DNA of 64,000 nt from Dehalococcoidia bacterium (GCA_965220105.1 OZ244811.1:2819136-2883135); one strand, 5' to 3'. Counted from the stretch's first letter, positions 52,180-61,902 are shown. The notes: generated by a model from the letters alone, not told the origin. Numbers and translations: made by a program.

Positions 52180-53220
52180 ATGGACCTGCAAGGATTGAAT
52201 CTCGCCATCGTTGGCGCCACCGGCGCCGTCGGCCTGGAGACTTTGCGTCTCATCGAGGCCCGTTACCCGCAGCACATGAACCTGAAGCTGCTGGCGTCCA
52301 AGCGTTCCGCCGGCCGCAAGATGGAGGTGAACGGAAAGACGTTCACCGTGGGCGAGACCACCGACGACAGTTTCGACGATGTGGACCTGGTGTTCATTTC
52401 CGCGCGCACCGAGGATTCCCGCCGATTTGGCCCGGTGGCCGCCGCCGCGGGGGCCCTGGTCATTGACGATTCCAGCGCTTTCCGCATGGACCCGGCCGTA
52501 CCCCTGGTGGTGCCCGAGGTCAACGGCGCCGACCTGGACTGGCACAACGGCATCGTGTCCATTCCCAACTGCTCCACCACTCCACTCGTCATGGCGGTGC
52601 ACCCGCTCCGGCAGGCCAGCCCCATCCGGCGCATCGTGGCCGATACCTACCAGTCGGTTTCCGGCGCCGGCGGCGCGGCCATGAACGAACTGCGCCAGCA
52701 GACCCGTACGGTGATGCACGGCGGCCCCGCAGAACCCGACGCCCAGCCCCAGCAGATTGCCTTCAACGTCATACCGCAAATCGACAGCTTCAACGAATCC
52801 GGCTACACGCGGGAAGAACAGAAGATGATTGACGAGAGCCGCAAGATTCTCCACGCGCCGGAGATGGCGGTGTCGGCGACGTGCGTGCGCGTGCCGGTGT
52901 ACGTGTCCCACTGCGTGGCGGCCCATCTGGAATTTGAAGAACCAATGTCGACCGGTGAAGCGCGGGAGTTGCTCAGTCAAATGCCCGGCGTGGTGGTTCA
53001 GGATGACCCGATGGCGTCGGTGTACCCCATGCCCGTGGACGCCGCCGGTCGGGACGAAGTGTTCGTGGGGCGCATCCGCCGTGACGCGTCGCACCCCAAC
53101 GGGCTGGCCATGTGGATAGTCACCGACAACCTGGTGAAGGGGGCGGCGCTCAACGCCCTGCAAATCGCCGAGGAAGCCGTGGCCCGGGACGCGGTGCGGG
53201 GCTCCGGCAAATCCGCCTAG
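52180..53220 (+). CDS. asd: Aspartate-semialdehyde dehydrogenase
   Basis: ATG at 52180 after AGGAG: MDLQGLNLAIVGATGAVG..., SIPNCSTT active-site Cys, SVSGAG. The ORF-track start at 52105 is rejected. Confidence 0.92.
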   Translation: MDLQGLNLAIVGATGAVGLETLRLIEARYPQHMNLKLLASKRSAGRKMEVNGKTFTVGETTDDSFDDVDLVFISARTEDSRRFGPVAAAAGALVIDDSSAFRMDPAVPLVVPEVNGADLDWHNGIVSIPNCSTTPLVMAVHPLRQASPIRRIVADTYQSVSGAGGAAMNELRQQTRTVMHGGPAEPDAQPQQIAFNVIPQIDSFNESGYTREEQKMIDESRKILHAPEMAVSATCVRVPVYVSHCVAAHLEFEEPMSTGEARELLSQMPGVVVQDDPMASVYPMPVDAAGRDEVFVGRIRRDASHPNGLAMWIVTDNLVKGAALNALQIAEEAVARDAVRGSGKSA

Positions 53221-53400
53221 CGCAACCGGCCACCGGCATTGGAGTGGATTCGTCGGGCAGATGGTCGCGCTATGGCGTCGATTGCTATCGCCGCGAATTG
53301 TCCAGATGTGTATAATGCGGGCAAATCACGCCGGCTTGCCGTCACCCGGGCCCCGATGCCCGGCGAGAAACGGCGGAGATGCTACTAGGAGGGACGCGTT

Positions 53401-54303
53401 ATGCCTGCTGAAATTGGCCGTCTGATTACCGCTATGGTTACGCCCTTCGATGCCGAGGGCAACGTGGACTACGACCAGGCAAAGCGTCTCGCTGTAGCCC
53501 TGCTGGACTCCGGTTCCGATGGGTTGGTGATTACCGGCACCACCGGAGAGGGGCCGGCCCTGTCCATGGAAGAGAAGGCTCGCTTGTATGGCGAGGTCAA
53601 AGACGCCATTGGCGACCGAGGCGCCGTTATCGCCGGCACCAGCGACAACAACACCAACGCATCCCTGGAGCTCAGCCGTGAGGCCGAACAGGTCGGTGCG
53701 GACGCTTTGCTGCTGACGGTGCCGGCTTACAACAAACCGCCCCAGGAGGGCCTGTATCAGCATTTCAAGGCCCTGGCCGAATGCACCAATCTCCCCGGGA
53801 TGCTGTACAACGTGCCCAGCCGCACCAGCCTCAACATGACCAACGAGACCACCGTTCGCCTCTCCGAAATCGACAATATCCTCGGTATCAAAGAGGCCAG
53901 CAGCGACCCGGTGCAAATCGCCAAGGTAATCCGGGACACGCCCGACGATTTTCGGGTCTGGTCGGGCAATGACGACGAAACCTTCGGCATCATGTCCATG
54001 GGCGGTTACGGTGTGGTCAGCGTGGCGGCCCACCTGGTCGGCAACCAGATCAAGCAGATGATGGGCTACACCCTGGAGGGCGACGTTGAGTCTGCCGGCG
54101 CCGAGCACCTGCGACTCCTGGACATTTTCAAAGGCCTGTTCATCGTGTCCAACCCGATTCCCGTCAAGTACGGTTTGAATCGGTCGGGATTCAATGTTGG
54201 CAATCCCCGACTGCCATTGGTGCCCCCGGACGAAAACACGGCGGCGCAATTGGACGCGTTGCTGGAGCGTTACGATATCGACATACCGGTTCCTGCCGAT
54301 TAA
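53401..54303 (+). CDS. dapA: 4-hydroxy-tetrahydrodipicolinate synthase
   Basis: 300-aa ORF with ITAMVTPF, GLVITGTTGEGPALS, YNVPSRT and GIKEAS (Schiff-base Lys). Confidence 0.92.
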   Translation: MPAEIGRLITAMVTPFDAEGNVDYDQAKRLAVALLDSGSDGLVITGTTGEGPALSMEEKARLYGEVKDAIGDRGAVIAGTSDNNTNASLELSREAEQVGADALLLTVPAYNKPPQEGLYQHFKALAECTNLPGMLYNVPSRTSLNMTNETTVRLSEIDNILGIKEASSDPVQIAKVIRDTPDDFRVWSGNDDETFGIMSMGGYGVVSVAAHLVGNQIKQMMGYTLEGDVESAGAEHLRLLDIFKGLFIVSNPIPVKYGLNRSGFNVGNPRLPLVPPDENTAAQLDALLERYDIDIPVPAD

Positions 54304-54449
54304 TCGGCGGGGCCACCCGCGCCAAATCCCCAGATTTGCAAGGCCAGCGCCGACTGGCCGCTGCTTCCCATAACTTCTTTCTGCTCGCCAGTCGGCCATC
54401 AACTCCGGGGGATTCGCGCTTTTGCCTTGGTATCACAAGGAGAATCGCC

Positions 54450-55346
54450 ATGTCGCTCAAGACCGTAATTTTTGTTGATGGTCAGAACTTTCGGCACAAT
54501 TTAAGGGACTTTCACTTCCGCTCCGACCCGCCTCACCCCAACAACCCGGAATACCGGCTCGACGAGAAGCATTTTCGCTGGCAGGAGTTTTTTCACGACG
54601 CCCTGGCCAAGTTTGATGATGTCACGGGCTGGGAGCATCAGCTGGTCCGTGTCTACTGGTACTACGCCGAAAACATTACCCCGTGGACGCCGAACCTCTG
54701 GCGCGCCCAGCGCATCGTCGACGAGTACGGGTTGCGGATGCCGGAATTGACCTCCGACTTGGTGATCCAGAAGGCCCAGGACTGGTACGACCACGAATAC
54801 CGACGCTTTCATCAGCTCCGCAAATCCGTCTTTGAGGAAATCCAGCAGAATACCAACTTCCTCGAGTTCAAGTACGTGGGCCAGTACGTTGTGCAACCCT
54901 TCCGCCCCTACCGCCTGGAGTACGACTACGACGGCAACATCATGTACCAGGGCACCCAGGTGGGTGAGAAGGGCGTCGACATCGGCATTGCCGTCGATAT
55001 GATCTCCAAGATGGAGAGCTTCGACGTGGCGGTGCTGGTGTCCGGCGACAGCGACTTCTTCCCGGTGTTGCGCTATCTGAAGGACAACCTGAAGTACGTG
55101 TACCACTTCTCGGTGGGGCGTGGCGTCGGCCCGGAAACGCAGTACTTCTCGCCCATGCTGCGGGGCATCGTGGACTGCTTCCAGGGGTTCGACGAGCTGG
55201 AGCTGCTGAGCAACTACGTCAACGAGCACGCCGGTATCCCGCCCGCCATCTTGGACACGATTAACCTGCGGGCTGCTGAGCTGGAGCGAATCCTGGAAGA
55301 GGAACCGCTGGACTACCAGGATGCGCCAGCGCCCATCCTGCGCTGA
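54450..55346 (+). CDS. NYN domain (LabA-like, PIN-related) protein
   Basis: ATG at 54450 after AAGGAG: MSLKTVIFVDGQNFRHNL..., GEKGVDIGIAVDMI, AVLVSGDSDFFPVLRYLK. GC lower than the neighbours. Confidence 0.75.
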   Translation: MSLKTVIFVDGQNFRHNLRDFHFRSDPPHPNNPEYRLDEKHFRWQEFFHDALAKFDDVTGWEHQLVRVYWYYAENITPWTPNLWRAQRIVDEYGLRMPELTSDLVIQKAQDWYDHEYRRFHQLRKSVFEEIQQNTNFLEFKYVGQYVVQPFRPYRLEYDYDGNIMYQGTQVGEKGVDIGIAVDMISKMESFDVAVLVSGDSDFFPVLRYLKDNLKYVYHFSVGRGVGPETQYFSPMLRGIVDCFQGFDELELLSNYVNEHAGIPPAILDTINLRAAELERILEEEPLDYQDAPAPILR

Positions 55347-55370
55347 CCCTCCCTTTTTACGGAACTTGGC

Positions 55371-55399
55371 AAAAGGGGTGGCCGCCGGGCCGCCCTTTT
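55371..55399. terminator. Possible bidirectional terminator hairpin between convergent NYN gene and plsC
   Basis: aaaaggggtggccgccgggccgccctttt: an A-tract, an imperfect GC stem, then a T-tract. Confidence 0.4.
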
Positions 55400-55407
55400 C
55401 GCTGCCC

Positions 55408-56061
55408 TTAACGCGGCGTGACCTTCAGCGCGTCGGTGTAAACCCCCCGGTAAGACTCGGGAAGCATGGCAGCAATGCGCTCCATCACCATATCGGTCAC
55501 CGAGTTCAGCAGCGGTCGCGTGATGGGGCCTTCCACCACCGGGGGAGTGAACGGCGTCCCGATATTGACTTGCCAACTGGCCAGGGGTACGGGCATTCGC
55601 CACGAGGGGAATGTCTCGCTGCCCGCGATGGCAACCGGCAGGATGGGGGCCTGGGTCTTGAGCGCCAGCCAGGCCAGCCCGGTTCGTCCCTTCTGCAACC
55701 CCCCGGTGGGGCTGATGGTGCCCTCGGGAAACATCAGGATCGCCTGGTCTCTCTCGAGAGCGCGCAGGGCGTAGCGCAGGGCTTCGCCGCCGCCCCGCTG
55801 GCGGTCAATTGGTACTGCCCCAACCGCGTTGCAATAGAACCGTCCGATGGGTTTTTCCCAAAGTTCCTTTTTCGCCAGTAACACCACCTGCCTGGGGAGG
55901 GCCACCACCAGCGTGCCGGGGTCGTTGAGGGACAGGTGGTTGCAGGCCACCAGCAGCGGGCCGTGGGGAGGCATGGCCTCCTTGCCGGTGATCGTCAGCC
56001 GGGCCGTGATGGACCAGAGGATTTGCCCGAAGCGACGACTGGGCTGGTAAAGCCAGGACAT
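55408..56061 (-). CDS. plsC: 1-acyl-sn-glycerol-3-phosphate acyltransferase (LPLAT family)
   Basis: The start at ATG 56061 (MSWLYQPSRRF...) avoids a 77-nt overlap with cmk. NHLSLNDP (HX4D) and FPEGTISPTG motifs present. Confidence 0.8.
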   Translation of the reverse strand: MSWLYQPSRRFGQILWSITARLTITGKEAMPPHGPLLVACNHLSLNDPGTLVVALPRQVVLLAKKELWEKPIGRFYCNAVGAVPIDRQRGGGEALRYALRALERDQAILMFPEGTISPTGGLQKGRTGLAWLALKTQAPILPVAIAGSETFPSWRMPVPLASWQVNIGTPFTPPVVEGPITRPLLNSVTDMVMERIAAMLPESYRGVYTDALKVTPR

Positions 56062-56065
56062 GATC

Positions 56066-56821
56066 TTACCCGCAAGTTCCGGCGGCGGCGGCGACAGCGC
56101 GGATTTTTTCCACCACCGTGGCCACGGCCTGTTCCCGGTCAAGTTCGTCCGTGGCTATTACGATTGCGCCGGCCGCTACCACCAACGGAGAATCAGCGCG
56201 CTGGGTGTCCAGGGCATCCCGCCGCCGGGTGTCGGCGAGCACCTGTTCGTACTCCGTTTCCGGGCTCGTTTGCACCTGCTGCGCGTAACGTCGCCGGGCC
56301 CGTTCTTCGGGAGAGGCGTCAATGTACAGCTTGACGTCCGCGTCGGGCAGCACCATCGAGCCGATATCCCGGCCCGCCATGATAATTCCGCCGCCGTCGC
56401 CGATGGCTCGCTGCCAACGAACCAGTTCCCGTCGCACGCGAGGGACTGCCGACACGGCGGACACGTTGCCGTCTACTTCGGCTGACCACAGTCCGGGACC
56501 GGGGGCGTGCCCGTCGATGACAATGTCGGAGGCGACCGACGGATCCCCCTCCGTCGAGGCGTGGGCCGACCATTGACGGTCGTTCCCCAGCGTGATTTTG
56601 CAATCGCCGGCCAACGCCCCAACGGCCTCACTATCCAATACGGCGACACCCCGATGCAGCGCCAGCCACGTAACGGCCCGGTACATGATACCGGTGTCCA
56701 GGAACCGCAGGCCCAACTCCGCCGCCGCCGCACGTCCCACCGAGCTCTTGCCCGACGCCACCGGGCCGTCGATGGCCACCACGGCACGACGCTGGTCCGT
56801 CATTTTTTTAGATTTCGGCAT
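56066..56821 (-). CDS. cmk: Cytidylate kinase
   Basis: VVAIDGPVASGKSSVGRAAAAELGLRFLDTGIMYRA. The ATG at 56821 has TATAAT 7 nt upstream and may be leaderless. The first 18 aa of the ORF-track model are repeat-derived. Confidence 0.88.
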   Translation of the reverse strand: MPKSKKMTDQRRAVVAIDGPVASGKSSVGRAAAAELGLRFLDTGIMYRAVTWLALHRGVAVLDSEAVGALAGDCKITLGNDRQWSAHASTEGDPSVASDIVIDGHAPGPGLWSAEVDGNVSAVSAVPRVRRELVRWQRAIGDGGGIIMAGRDIGSMVLPDADVKLYIDASPEERARRRYAQQVQTSPETEYEQVLADTRRRDALDTQRADSPLVVAAGAIVIATDELDREQAVATVVEKIRAVAAAAGTCG

Positions 56822-56877
56822 AGAGAGGATTATAGCAGCCCGTCCCCGTTCGGCAACATGCGTACCAACTTCCATCT

Positions 56878-57023
56878 GTCATTGCGAGGAGCACCCGCTC
56901 ATTCCGAGCTCGCCGAGGGACGTGGCAATCTCGGTCAGGTTGAACATACGTCGACGCCCCGCCGTTGCTGCGGAGACGAGATTGCCACGCTACGCTCGCA
57001 ATGACAAAGTGGGTAGGCATGAG
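56878..57023. repeat. Repeat family A, full-length copy (inverse twin of 25681-25850)
   Basis: The reverse complement reads gtcattgcgagcgtagcgtggcaatctcgtc...gagattgccacgtccctcggcgagctcggaatgagcgggtgctcctcgcaatgac. Flank ctcatgcctacccacttt also matches. Confidence 0.85.
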
Positions 57024-57109
57024 CTGTTGCTCCGGTTGACAACCTGGCCGCGGGCGCTCTTCCAGCGGAAGCGGTAAAAGGGAATGCGCCACCTTTGGTC
57101 GGCCACGCG

Positions 57110-58369
57110 TTACCTTCGGTCGGCGAGGAGGAGGGCGTTCAGGAGGACCTGGGCGCCGTTGGCGCAGTCCTGGGGGGTGGTGTATTCGGCGGGGGCGTGG
57201 CTGATGCCGCCAACGCTCGGCACAAAGACCATCGCCGCCGGCGTGACCGAGGCGATGGCCTGAGCGTCGTGGCCGGCGCCGCTGGGCAGGTTGATATGCT
57301 CCAGGCCGGCCATCCCTGCCGCGTCGGCGATGAGCTGCTGCATGTTGGCGGCGACGGGCACCGATGGCGTGTTGCGCTGGCCGGTAACCGATATGGCCAC
57401 GTTCTCGGCGTGGGCCACCTCCTCGGCGGTGCGGCGCAATTCCACCTCGGCAGCCGCCAGGGACTCCATGCGTTCGTCCCGAAATTCAACGCCCATCTGT
57501 ACCCGCCCGGGTATGACGTTGCCGGCGTTGGGATGCACCTCCATGCTGCCCACCGTGCCCACCCGCACTACCTCCATCTCCCCAGCGATGCGGCGCACCG
57601 CCAGGGCCAGCTGCGCCGCCGACGACATGGCATCCCGCCGCAGCGACATGGGCGTGGTGCCGGCGTGGTTGGCCTCACCGACGATGTCCACATGGTACAC
57701 CGAGCGCCCGGTGATCCCGGTAACCACACCGATAGGAAAGCCGCCCCGGTGCAGCGTCGGCCCCTGCTCGATGTGCAGTTCCAGGTAGCAGGCCAGCTCA
57801 TCCGGTCGCCGCCGGGCCTCGGCGATGCGGGACATATTGCCGCCGATGTCGGGCAGGCGGTTGGCCAGCGTCACGCCGTCGTCGGCCACCGCCGCGAAAT
57901 CCTCAGCCTCCCAGAGTCCGGCCACGGCGCGGCTACCCAGCAGCCAGCGATGGAAACTGGTGCCCTCCTCGTTGGTGAACACCATGACCTCCACGGGATG
58001 GCGGAGTGTGACGCCGGAATCGGCCACCGCCTGCACCACCTCGATGGCGGCGATAACGCCCAGGGCGCCGTCATACTGGCCACCGGCCGGCACGGTGTCG
58101 GTGTGGGAGCCCATCACAATGGCCGGCCTTCCCGTATCGGCGCCTTCGCTGCGGCCAATGATGTTTCCCGCCGCGTCAATCCGCACCGTTATACCGGCGG
58201 CAGACATCAGCTGCATGACGTGGTTGCGGCCGGCGATATCCAGCGCCGAAAACGCCACCCGCTGCATCCCCTCGTCGGTCAGGCCGATTTGACCCAAAGC
58301 GGCCATGTTGTCATTCAGGCGGGTGCTGCTGATGGCGATAGAGTCGGCCGGTGTATGGAGTTCCGTCAT
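57110..58369 (-). CDS. M20 family Zn-dependent amidohydrolase (allantoate amidohydrolase / N-carbamoyl-L-amino-acid hydrolase type)
   Basis: 419-aa ORF. IDAAGNIIGR...IVMGSHTDTVPAGGQYDGALGV is the family hallmark. Confidence 0.85.
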   Translation of the reverse strand: MTELHTPADSIAISSTRLNDNMAALGQIGLTDEGMQRVAFSALDIAGRNHVMQLMSAAGITVRIDAAGNIIGRSEGADTGRPAIVMGSHTDTVPAGGQYDGALGVIAAIEVVQAVADSGVTLRHPVEVMVFTNEEGTSFHRWLLGSRAVAGLWEAEDFAAVADDGVTLANRLPDIGGNMSRIAEARRRPDELACYLELHIEQGPTLHRGGFPIGVVTGITGRSVYHVDIVGEANHAGTTPMSLRRDAMSSAAQLALAVRRIAGEMEVVRVGTVGSMEVHPNAGNVIPGRVQMGVEFRDERMESLAAAEVELRRTAEEVAHAENVAISVTGQRNTPSVPVAANMQQLIADAAGMAGLEHINLPSGAGHDAQAIASVTPAAMVFVPSVGGISHAPAEYTTPQDCANGAQVLLNALLLADRR

Positions 58370-58385
58370 AATCCCTCCCTCAAAT

Positions 58386-59219
58386 CTACTCGCCTCCGCC
58401 GGACAAGTCGCGGCGGCTGAGCAGGGTCAGCGTGAGCGCCCAGAACAACGCAATGTAGGCCAGCACGGCCGGCGCAAAATACCAGGGGCTGACATCATCA
58501 TAGAAGCCGTACAGTCCCGAGGCTGTGCCGCGCAACGTCCAGCGCAGGTAATCACCCAGCGGGAAATCATAGACTCCTTCGACGATTATTGCGGCCACCG
58601 GGTAGGCGGTGGACTCAGCAATCAGGATGGCGGCGGCAACGGCCAACCCGAAGGTGGTGGAGCGGCCCACCACACACAGCAGGGCAGTCAGGCTCATATA
58701 CGCGATGGCCGCTGGCAAGGTGCTGAAATACATGACGGAAATTGCCCACCAGCCGGCCGGCGCATCGTTAAAGAACAACGGATTGGGAGCGCCGGGTTCG
58801 CCGGCGAATACTCCGGCAATAACCGCCAAACCCCAGGACACCAGCCAGACCAGCGCCAGAATGACGCCAATCACCAACATTTTGGCCACCGCAACGTGCT
58901 GCCGCGGGTTGCCTCGGGCCAGCAGGGCGCGCATCGTTCCCCAACCATACTCCCCGCTGAATATGACCGCGGTGAGAAATATACCCAGAAACGGCCCCAC
59001 CACCGTCAACACCAAATGGATAAATAATGCGAATATGCTCGGCGATACGTCGTCCGAGCCGGGCCAGGTCCATATCAAAACCGACCCGGCCAGAATCAGG
59101 TAAACTGCCGCCGCCGCCATCCCCATGATGACGCGAAAGGCCAGCCGGCGCGACAGCCGGAACCACTCCCAGCGCATGGCGACGGCGATGGCGGCAACGT
59201 TGCTGGTAAGATCGGCCAT
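58386..59219 (-). CDS. ABC-2 type transporter permease
   Basis: ATG at 59219 (MADLTSNVAAIAVAMRWEWFRL...), 6 hydrophobic segments, TAATG overlap with the ATPase stop. Confidence 0.7.
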   Translation of the reverse strand: MADLTSNVAAIAVAMRWEWFRLSRRLAFRVIMGMAAAAVYLILAGSVLIWTWPGSDDVSPSIFALFIHLVLTVVGPFLGIFLTAVIFSGEYGWGTMRALLARGNPRQHVAVAKMLVIGVILALVWLVSWGLAVIAGVFAGEPGAPNPLFFNDAPAGWWAISVMYFSTLPAAIAYMSLTALLCVVGRSTTFGLAVAAAILIAESTAYPVAAIIVEGVYDFPLGDYLRWTLRGTASGLYGFYDDVSPWYFAPAVLAYIALFWALTLTLLSRRDLSGGGE

Positions 59220-60169
59220 TATCCGTTTGCCTCGTCGGGTTCCGGTTCGGCGGTAACTTCCATAAAGCCCGCCTCCAGCGATCTGCCCAAAGCGCGCATC
59301 TCTACCACATAGAACCCGGCGTTGGCTAAATTCCGGGAGATTTCCCATTCCTGTCCCGGGCTGGCGGGTATTTCAAGGCCGCTGCCGGACTGACCGGCAA
59401 CTTCCCACCCGGCCGATGCCAGCAGTTCGGCGGCGCGCGCGTCGTCGGTGGTTCGCACCAGCACCCGCATCGGCGCGCCCATCCCGGACACCGGCCCGGA
59501 GTACACCAGCCGTCCCCGCACCATTACCCCAACCCGGTCGCAAACCTGCTCCACCTCGTTCAGCAGGTGGCTGGCCAGAATGATAGTGCGTCGGCCCCCC
59601 TCCTCCGGCTTTCCGGACTTCGTCAAAGTGCGGATGAGTTCGCGCACCTCGATGATGCCCACCGGGTCCAGGCCGTTGGTGGGTTCATCCAGAATAATCA
59701 GGGAGGGGTTGCCCAACAGGGCGGCCGCAATTCCAAGACGCTGCTTCATTCCGGTAGAGCAGACGGCAAACTTGCGATGCGCCGCCTGGTCGTCCAGATT
59801 CACGGTAGCCAGCAGCTCGTCAACCTCGGCGTCGCTGCCATTCGAGCCATAGATACCCTGCAAGCATCGCAGGTTGTCCCGGCAGGACAGAAAGGGCCAG
59901 AACGTGGGGCGTTCAATCAGGGCGCCGACGCTGCCCAGCGCCTCACGCAATCCGGCGGGGCCGGAGCGGCCCAGCAGCGTGATGCTGCCGGCGGTAGGAC
60001 GCAAAAACCCGGCCAGCATCGACAGCAGCGTGGTTTTCCCGGACCCATTCGGCCCCAGCAGTCCAAACACCGCCCCCGTCGGTACATCCAGGCTCACGTC
60101 GTCTACGGCCAGCACCCTACCGAATCGTTTGGTAAGACCGGAAAACGCGACCGCAGAAGTGGCTCCCAT
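59219..60169 (-). CDS. ABC transporter ATP-binding protein
   Basis: ATG at 60169 (MGATSAVAFSGLTKRFG...). Walker A GPNGSGKTT, signature STGMKQRL, Walker B LIILDEPTNGLD. Confidence 0.88.
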   Translation of the reverse strand: MGATSAVAFSGLTKRFGRVLAVDDVSLDVPTGAVFGLLGPNGSGKTTLLSMLAGFLRPTAGSITLLGRSGPAGLREALGSVGALIERPTFWPFLSCRDNLRCLQGIYGSNGSDAEVDELLATVNLDDQAAHRKFAVCSTGMKQRLGIAAALLGNPSLIILDEPTNGLDPVGIIEVRELIRTLTKSGKPEEGGRRTIILASHLLNEVEQVCDRVGVMVRGRLVYSGPVSGMGAPMRVLVRTTDDARAAELLASAGWEVAGQSGSGLEIPASPGQEWEISRNLANAGFYVVEMRALGRSLEAGFMEVTAEPEPDEANG

Positions 60170-60201
60170 ATCGTTCACATCGTCACGTCGCAAACCGGGC
60201 G

Positions 60202-61404
60202 TCAGGCAAGCACGTTGAAGCCATAACCGGCGTGGTTCAGGTTGCCTTCGGCGAAGCGGGAGAGTCGCAGCGGGCTGATGTCCATGGAGGTGGCCCCGCC
60301 GTTGGCGATGAGTTCGGCCATCAAAACGCCCACCATCGGCGAGAGCTTGAACCCGTGGCCGCTGAACCCGCTGCACACGTAAAGGCCGTCGACGCCATCC
60401 ACCCGATCCATGATGGGATGGGAATCGGGGGTATTGGTGTAGAGGCCGGCGTAGCCGGTGGCCAGCTCTGCGTCGGCCATGGCCGGGATGCGGCGGGCAA
60501 TGCGTTGCCAGACATCCTCGATAAAAGCCGGGCTGGCGCGCTGGGCGTAGATTTCCGGGTCGTCGATGACGTCGGAGTGGTTGCCGTTACCCACCAGGGT
60601 CAGGTCCTGACCCTCGGGACGGAAGTAGATGCGGTTGGAGATGTCGGCGCCACCGGGATGGTAGGGCACCACGTCCAGGGGGCGACGGAAGTGGAGCACC
60701 TCGTGGCGGGTTGCCACCAGCGGCGCGTCAATGCCGTGGTCGCCCAGGAACCGCCCCGTCCACGGGCCCGTGGCCACCACGGCGGCATTGGTGGCGATGC
60801 GCTCTCCCGACGCCGTAAGCACCGCCTGCACACGGGAGCCGTCCTCGCTGGTTTCCACGGCTTGGACCGGGGATTGCAGGCGGATGGTCACCCCCTCAGC
60901 CCGGGCGCGGGCGGCGTAAGCGAAGGCGGTGCCGGAGGCGTCGGCGTGTCCGGAGTAGGGTTCGTAGGCGATGCCGGCAGCGTCATCGACCGCAAATCCC
61001 GGGGCCAGGTCGGCGGCATCCCGGGGGCCGATGATGTCGGTGAGCACGCCCACCGACTGCTGCATGGCGATGTTGCTGCGGAAGGAATCCACGTCGTCGG
61101 GTCCGGCGAAAACGAGATATCCGGTGCGGGTGAACCCACACTCGCCGCCGATGATGTCCTGGAAGTTGCGAAATATTTGCAGGCTCCTCCAGGCCATCTC
61201 GGCGTTCACCGGGGTTGAGTAGTGCATCCGGACGGCGGCGCTGCTGCGCCCGGTGGAGCCGCTGCCCAGGGTGTCGCGCTCCAGGAGCAGGATGCGGCGC
61301 AAACCGTGTTCGCCGGCGGTGAGCGCCAGGTTGCAGGCAATGCTGCACCCCATGACGCCCCCTCCGATTATGACGACGTCGGCTGTCTCGGTCATGCTGG
61401 CCAC
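60202..61404 (-). CDS. FAD-dependent oxidoreductase (DAO family, sarcosine oxidase beta / D-amino-acid dehydrogenase-like)
   Basis: 400-aa ORF with DVVIIGGGVMGCSIACNLA and a C-terminal GFSGHGFKLSP motif. Confidence 0.85.
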   Translation of the reverse strand: MASMTETADVVIIGGGVMGCSIACNLALTAGEHGLRRILLLERDTLGSGSTGRSSAAVRMHYSTPVNAEMAWRSLQIFRNFQDIIGGECGFTRTGYLVFAGPDDVDSFRSNIAMQQSVGVLTDIIGPRDAADLAPGFAVDDAAGIAYEPYSGHADASGTAFAYAARARAEGVTIRLQSPVQAVETSEDGSRVQAVLTASGERIATNAAVVATGPWTGRFLGDHGIDAPLVATRHEVLHFRRPLDVVPYHPGGADISNRIYFRPEGQDLTLVGNGNHSDVIDDPEIYAQRASPAFIEDVWQRIARRIPAMADAELATGYAGLYTNTPDSHPIMDRVDGVDGLYVCSGFSGHGFKLSPMVGVLMAELIANGGATSMDISPLRLSRFAEGNLNHAGYGFNVLA

Positions 61405-61407
61405 CTG

Positions 61408-61902
61408 TCAACTAGAGATGACCGGCGGCGGGAACAGCGATCCCAACATGCCGATGGCGGTGGCAACCGTAGCTGAACCGGCTACCACCGCTGACCCCGG
61501 CAGTTGGTTTTCGTAGAAATGGGTGTGCATGGCGCTTGCTGCCAACAGTCCGTTGGTCAATGTGGCGGCGGTTGCGGCGTCTTGCCGGCTCACGAGTGCA
61601 GTCAGTCTCCCGGAAACGCGCAGGATTGCCGTGTGACTGCTTACGTGCAGCCCGTGCTCGGCGCCAATCGTTTTGATGGCCTGGGCGTAGGCGCCCCAGG
61701 ATTTTTCGACGGCTTGCCGATAATCCCCCTCAGCCAGGCTCTTCTGCACGTGTTCCTGATAGTGGGCCAGGTTGTTGCGGTAGTTGGCCGCCAGCTCGGC
61801 AGCGTCCGCCGATGACAACTCAACGTCGGGCCGGTTTGGCAGGGCGGCGCGGACGGCTTCGGTTACCAGTTCGGGGGGCAGCGGTTGTGATTGGTTACTC
61901 AT
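61408..61902 (-). CDS. PaREP1-like (HEPN-superfamily helical) protein
   Basis: 164-aa ORF. LAEGDYRQAVEKSWGAYAQAIKTIGAEHGLHVSSH...AMHTHFYENQL follows the PaREP1 pattern as I remember it. TATAAT lies 9 nt upstream of the ATG with no SD. Confidence 0.45.
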   Translation of the reverse strand: MSNQSQPLPPELVTEAVRAALPNRPDVELSSADAAELAANYRNNLAHYQEHVQKSLAEGDYRQAVEKSWGAYAQAIKTIGAEHGLHVSSHTAILRVSGRLTALVSRQDAATAATLTNGLLAASAMHTHFYENQLPGSAVVAGSATVATAIGMLGSLFPPPVISS

